Virus record (IMG/VR): IMGVR_UViG_3300005662_000162
Span: 1 to 28,488 of that record
Reading direction: 5' to 3' (one strand)
Length of the DNA: 28,488 bases
Source of the DNA: a virus
Lineage: Duplodnaviria; Caudoviricetes
Shown here: positions 26,529 to 28,488 of the stretch, piece after piece
Position numbering within the stretch: position 1 is the first letter of the stretch
Layout of the letters: each line of letters starts with the position of its first letter
Notes under the pieces: model-generated
What the model was told of the DNA's origin: nothing
What the model saw: the letters and a program-made list of their open reading frames with translations, nothing else
Databases searched by the model: none
Made by a program: the position numbers and the translations under genes

Positions 26529-27167
26529 ATGAGTATTACAACTTTAACAAAATTTACAGTACCTATTGCTAGCGATTCAAGCGCAAGCGCACAAGGTATG
26601 CTGATGCCAAAACTAAAGTACCGCTTCCGTGTTACTTTAGACGGTTTTGGTATTAAAACAGCGAGCACAGAACTAACAAAACAAGTTGTTAGCGTAACAA
26701 GACCTAACCTAACCTGGGAAAACATCCAACTAGATGTTTACAACAGCAAGGTTAACTTGGCAGGCCGCCACACATGGGCTGACGTCTCACTAGTAGTACG
26801 TGACGAAAACACAGGTGGTGTATCCAAGGTTATCGGTGAACAGATTCAGAAGCAGTTGGACTTCTTTGAGCAAGCAAGTGCTTCAACTGGTGCAAACTAC
26901 AAGTTCATTACTCGTATTGAAATGCTAGACGGCGGTAACGGCACATACGCCCCAACAACATTAGAAACTTGGGAAATGTATGGTTGCTACCTAGCTGGTG
27001 CAGATTACGGTAACATGGCTTACGGTGAAAACGCTGCCGCAGAAATTACACTAACTATCAAGTACGACAATGCTCTACAGCTTGCTGGTCCTGGTGGTAG
27101 TGCTGCCGCAAGTGGTGTAGGCACAACAAGCGATCAGGCACGTGGTCCTGGTTCAGCTACAGGCTAA
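26529..27167 (+). CDS. gp19: Tail tube protein (T4 gp19-like)
   Basis: Directly follows the sheath; PKLKYRFRV, RPNL, AGRHTW..V.L..RD, ETW...GC......YG...Y.......I.L.I.YD pattern. Confidence 0.88.
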   Translation: MSITTLTKFTVPIASDSSASAQGMLMPKLKYRFRVTLDGFGIKTASTELTKQVVSVTRPNLTWENIQLDVYNSKVNLAGRHTWADVSLVVRDENTGGVSKVIGEQIQKQLDFFEQASASTGANYKFITRIEMLDGGNGTYAPTTLETWEMYGCYLAGADYGNMAYGENAAAEITLTIKYDNALQLAGPGGSAAASGVGTTSDQARGPGSATG

Positions 27168-27190
27168 TCTTTAAAACTCTCCGCAACTAT

Positions 27191-27226
27191 AAAAGGCGAC
27201 TACATTCATTTGTAGTCGCTTTTTTT
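27191..27226 (+). terminator. Rho-independent terminator (possibly bidirectional)
   Basis: AAAAG-GCGACTACA-ttcatt-TGTAGTCGC-TTTTTTT. Confidence 0.92.
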
Positions 27227-27231
27227 ATGGC

Positions 27232-27239
27232 TATAAATA
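27232..27239 (+). promoter_or_regulatory. Full T4 consensus late promoter TATAAATA
   Basis: Exact TATAAATA just after the terminator, 16 nt before ATG 27256; SD TAGGAG 27245-27250. Confidence 0.85.
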
Positions 27240-27255
27240 CTGTATAGGAGATACC

Positions 27256-28431
27256 ATGGGTATTAGTAGTTTTGTAAAAGATATTGCCAAAGGCACTGTT
27301 AACAATTTGTTAGGCGGTGGACCCAATGGTGCAGGTGATTCAAACCCTAAAGGATTGAAGTCAGGCATTGTACAAGATTGGACCCATGCTACTAAGGTGT
27401 TTGTCGGCGGGGACATGATTCGTGCCCCTAAGTACAAAGGTTTATTTCATGTTAATTTTATTATCAATGAAGACGCATTCAAAGCAGGCTTAGATCCACT
27501 TAAAGGTCAGGTTAGAGATACACTAAGTGTACTAACTAAAAGTATTGAACTACCTAAGTTCAATATGGAATATAGTTCGCTTAATCAATACAATCACGCT
27601 AGCTACAACTATAAGAAAATTAAGTACGACCCGGTAACAGTAACATTCCATGATGACATGTCTGACATTGTTACTACATTCTGGTACTTCTACTATGCTT
27701 ATTATTTTGCAGATGGTAGCAAAACATATGATGCTAGAGCAGCCGGGGATAATGGCAAGGGCGGGGGACTATTTGCAGGATTAGTAAACAAAGCTACAAA
27801 AGCAATATCAAGTGCAATTACCGGCGGCCTTAAAAAATTACTTGGTAAAAAAGACTCCAATGGTAATAAGACAGAAGGTACACCTACGGCTGAAGAAGCC
27901 CCGGATGCTTATGAAGCATTTAGAAAATATGCTAATGGTATTGTATACGGTGATAAAGGCGAAAAGAAAATTGAAAAACTGCATTATAGTTGGGGACTCA
28001 ACGGCAGTGCTTACCATGTAAACGGTGGTAGAGAGAAAAACATTCCTTTCCTCAAGGCCATTGAAATCTATCCATTGGGTAATAAACAAGCAAGTATGAT
28101 CGTATTACACAATCCGAAAATTGTTAGTTGGGCGGGTGATACATTTGACTACAGCGCACAGGGCACCGCAACTTGTACAGCTACTATTGTCTATGAAGGT
28201 GTTACATACAAAGACCAGATTGATGCTAAGACTATCTTAGATGATGTACAAATGTACGATAGACACGGAGCACCTGGTTCAGGTAAGACAGGCGGCCTCT
28301 TTAGTTTCATTGATAAGGTAGACGGCATTCTAGGCAAAGCGCAACGTGGCGAAGCTTTAACCGGTGGAGACATTATTACTGGCTTAGGTGCAGTTAAGAG
28401 TCTGTTTAAAAAGAAAGGTAGCGGAGGTTAA
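27256..28431 (+). CDS. Tail-tube-fold baseplate protein (gp54/gp48-like tube initiator), 391 aa
   Basis: PKYK.LFHVNF, KSIELPKF, NQYN, KIKYDPVTVTFHDD, L.NPKI.SW..D.FDY parallel the tube protein layout; follows gp19. Confidence 0.65.
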   Translation: MGISSFVKDIAKGTVNNLLGGGPNGAGDSNPKGLKSGIVQDWTHATKVFVGGDMIRAPKYKGLFHVNFIINEDAFKAGLDPLKGQVRDTLSVLTKSIELPKFNMEYSSLNQYNHASYNYKKIKYDPVTVTFHDDMSDIVTTFWYFYYAYYFADGSKTYDARAAGDNGKGGGLFAGLVNKATKAISSAITGGLKKLLGKKDSNGNKTEGTPTAEEAPDAYEAFRKYANGIVYGDKGEKKIEKLHYSWGLNGSAYHVNGGREKNIPFLKAIEIYPLGNKQASMIVLHNPKIVSWAGDTFDYSAQGTATCTATIVYEGVTYKDQIDAKTILDDVQMYDRHGAPGSGKTGGLFSFIDKVDGILGKAQRGEALTGGDIITGLGAVKSLFKKKGSGG

Positions 28432-28432
28432 T

Positions 28433-28488
28433 ATGTCATTTACAATTCCTACTAGTGGTAAGACCACTAAACCTATTTCTACTACCAA
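28433..28488 (+). CDS. 5' start of the next gene (truncated by the window edge)
   Basis: ATG 1 nt after the previous TAA, SD GGAGGT 28423-28428, open to the end (MSFTIPTSGKTTKPISTT). Confidence 0.65.
   Translation, partial: MSFTIPTSGKTTKPISTT

Larger units (their letters stand above)
1..28488. mobile_element. Bacteriophage genome segment: T4-like large myovirus, structural/tail module
   Basis: Neck (gp13/14/15-like), tail sheath, tail tube, dNMP kinase and fibre-like genes; T4-type late promoter motifs; dense coding; no cellular housekeeping genes. Confidence 0.95.

Noticed and set aside
1-28488. Alternative genetic code, suggested by 18 of 19 stops being TAA, one TGA and no TAG
   Set aside because: All genes, including 3-6.7 kb ORFs, are intact under the standard code with no in-frame TAG or TGA to read through; low GC explains the TAA preference.

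Overview
The window is a contiguous piece of the virion-morphogenesis region of a large T4-like contractile-tailed phage (myovirus, probably jumbo-sized). No host genes, RNA genes, CRISPR arrays or IS elements are evident. Positions 1-17.4 kb encode a set of Thr/Gly/Ser-rich fibre/appendage-type proteins (167, 498, 2231, 920, 386 and ~806 aa) assembled from a shared set of modules, two of them ending in a peptidase-G2-like chaperone domain. A Maf/GT42-like putative glycosyltransferase and a SAM methyltransferase sit among them. Positions 17.4-28.5 kb encode a minus-strand gp14-gp15-NUDIX operon, an unknown sigma70-driven gene, gp13, dNMP kinase, tail sheath, tail tube and a tube-like baseplate protein. 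Nine intergenic TAAATA late-promoter motifs and two near-perfect sigma70 promoters can be read directly. The main observations are three. (i) Several late promoters lie inside RNA hairpins that would hide the ribosome-binding site or start codon on read-through transcripts, most clearly for the sheath gene. (ii) There is a candidate virion fibre glycosylation/methylation cassette. (iii) The dNMP kinase appears leaderless, and an early and a late promoter sit back-to-back. All product calls come from motif recognition by eye; no database search or folding calculation was run.
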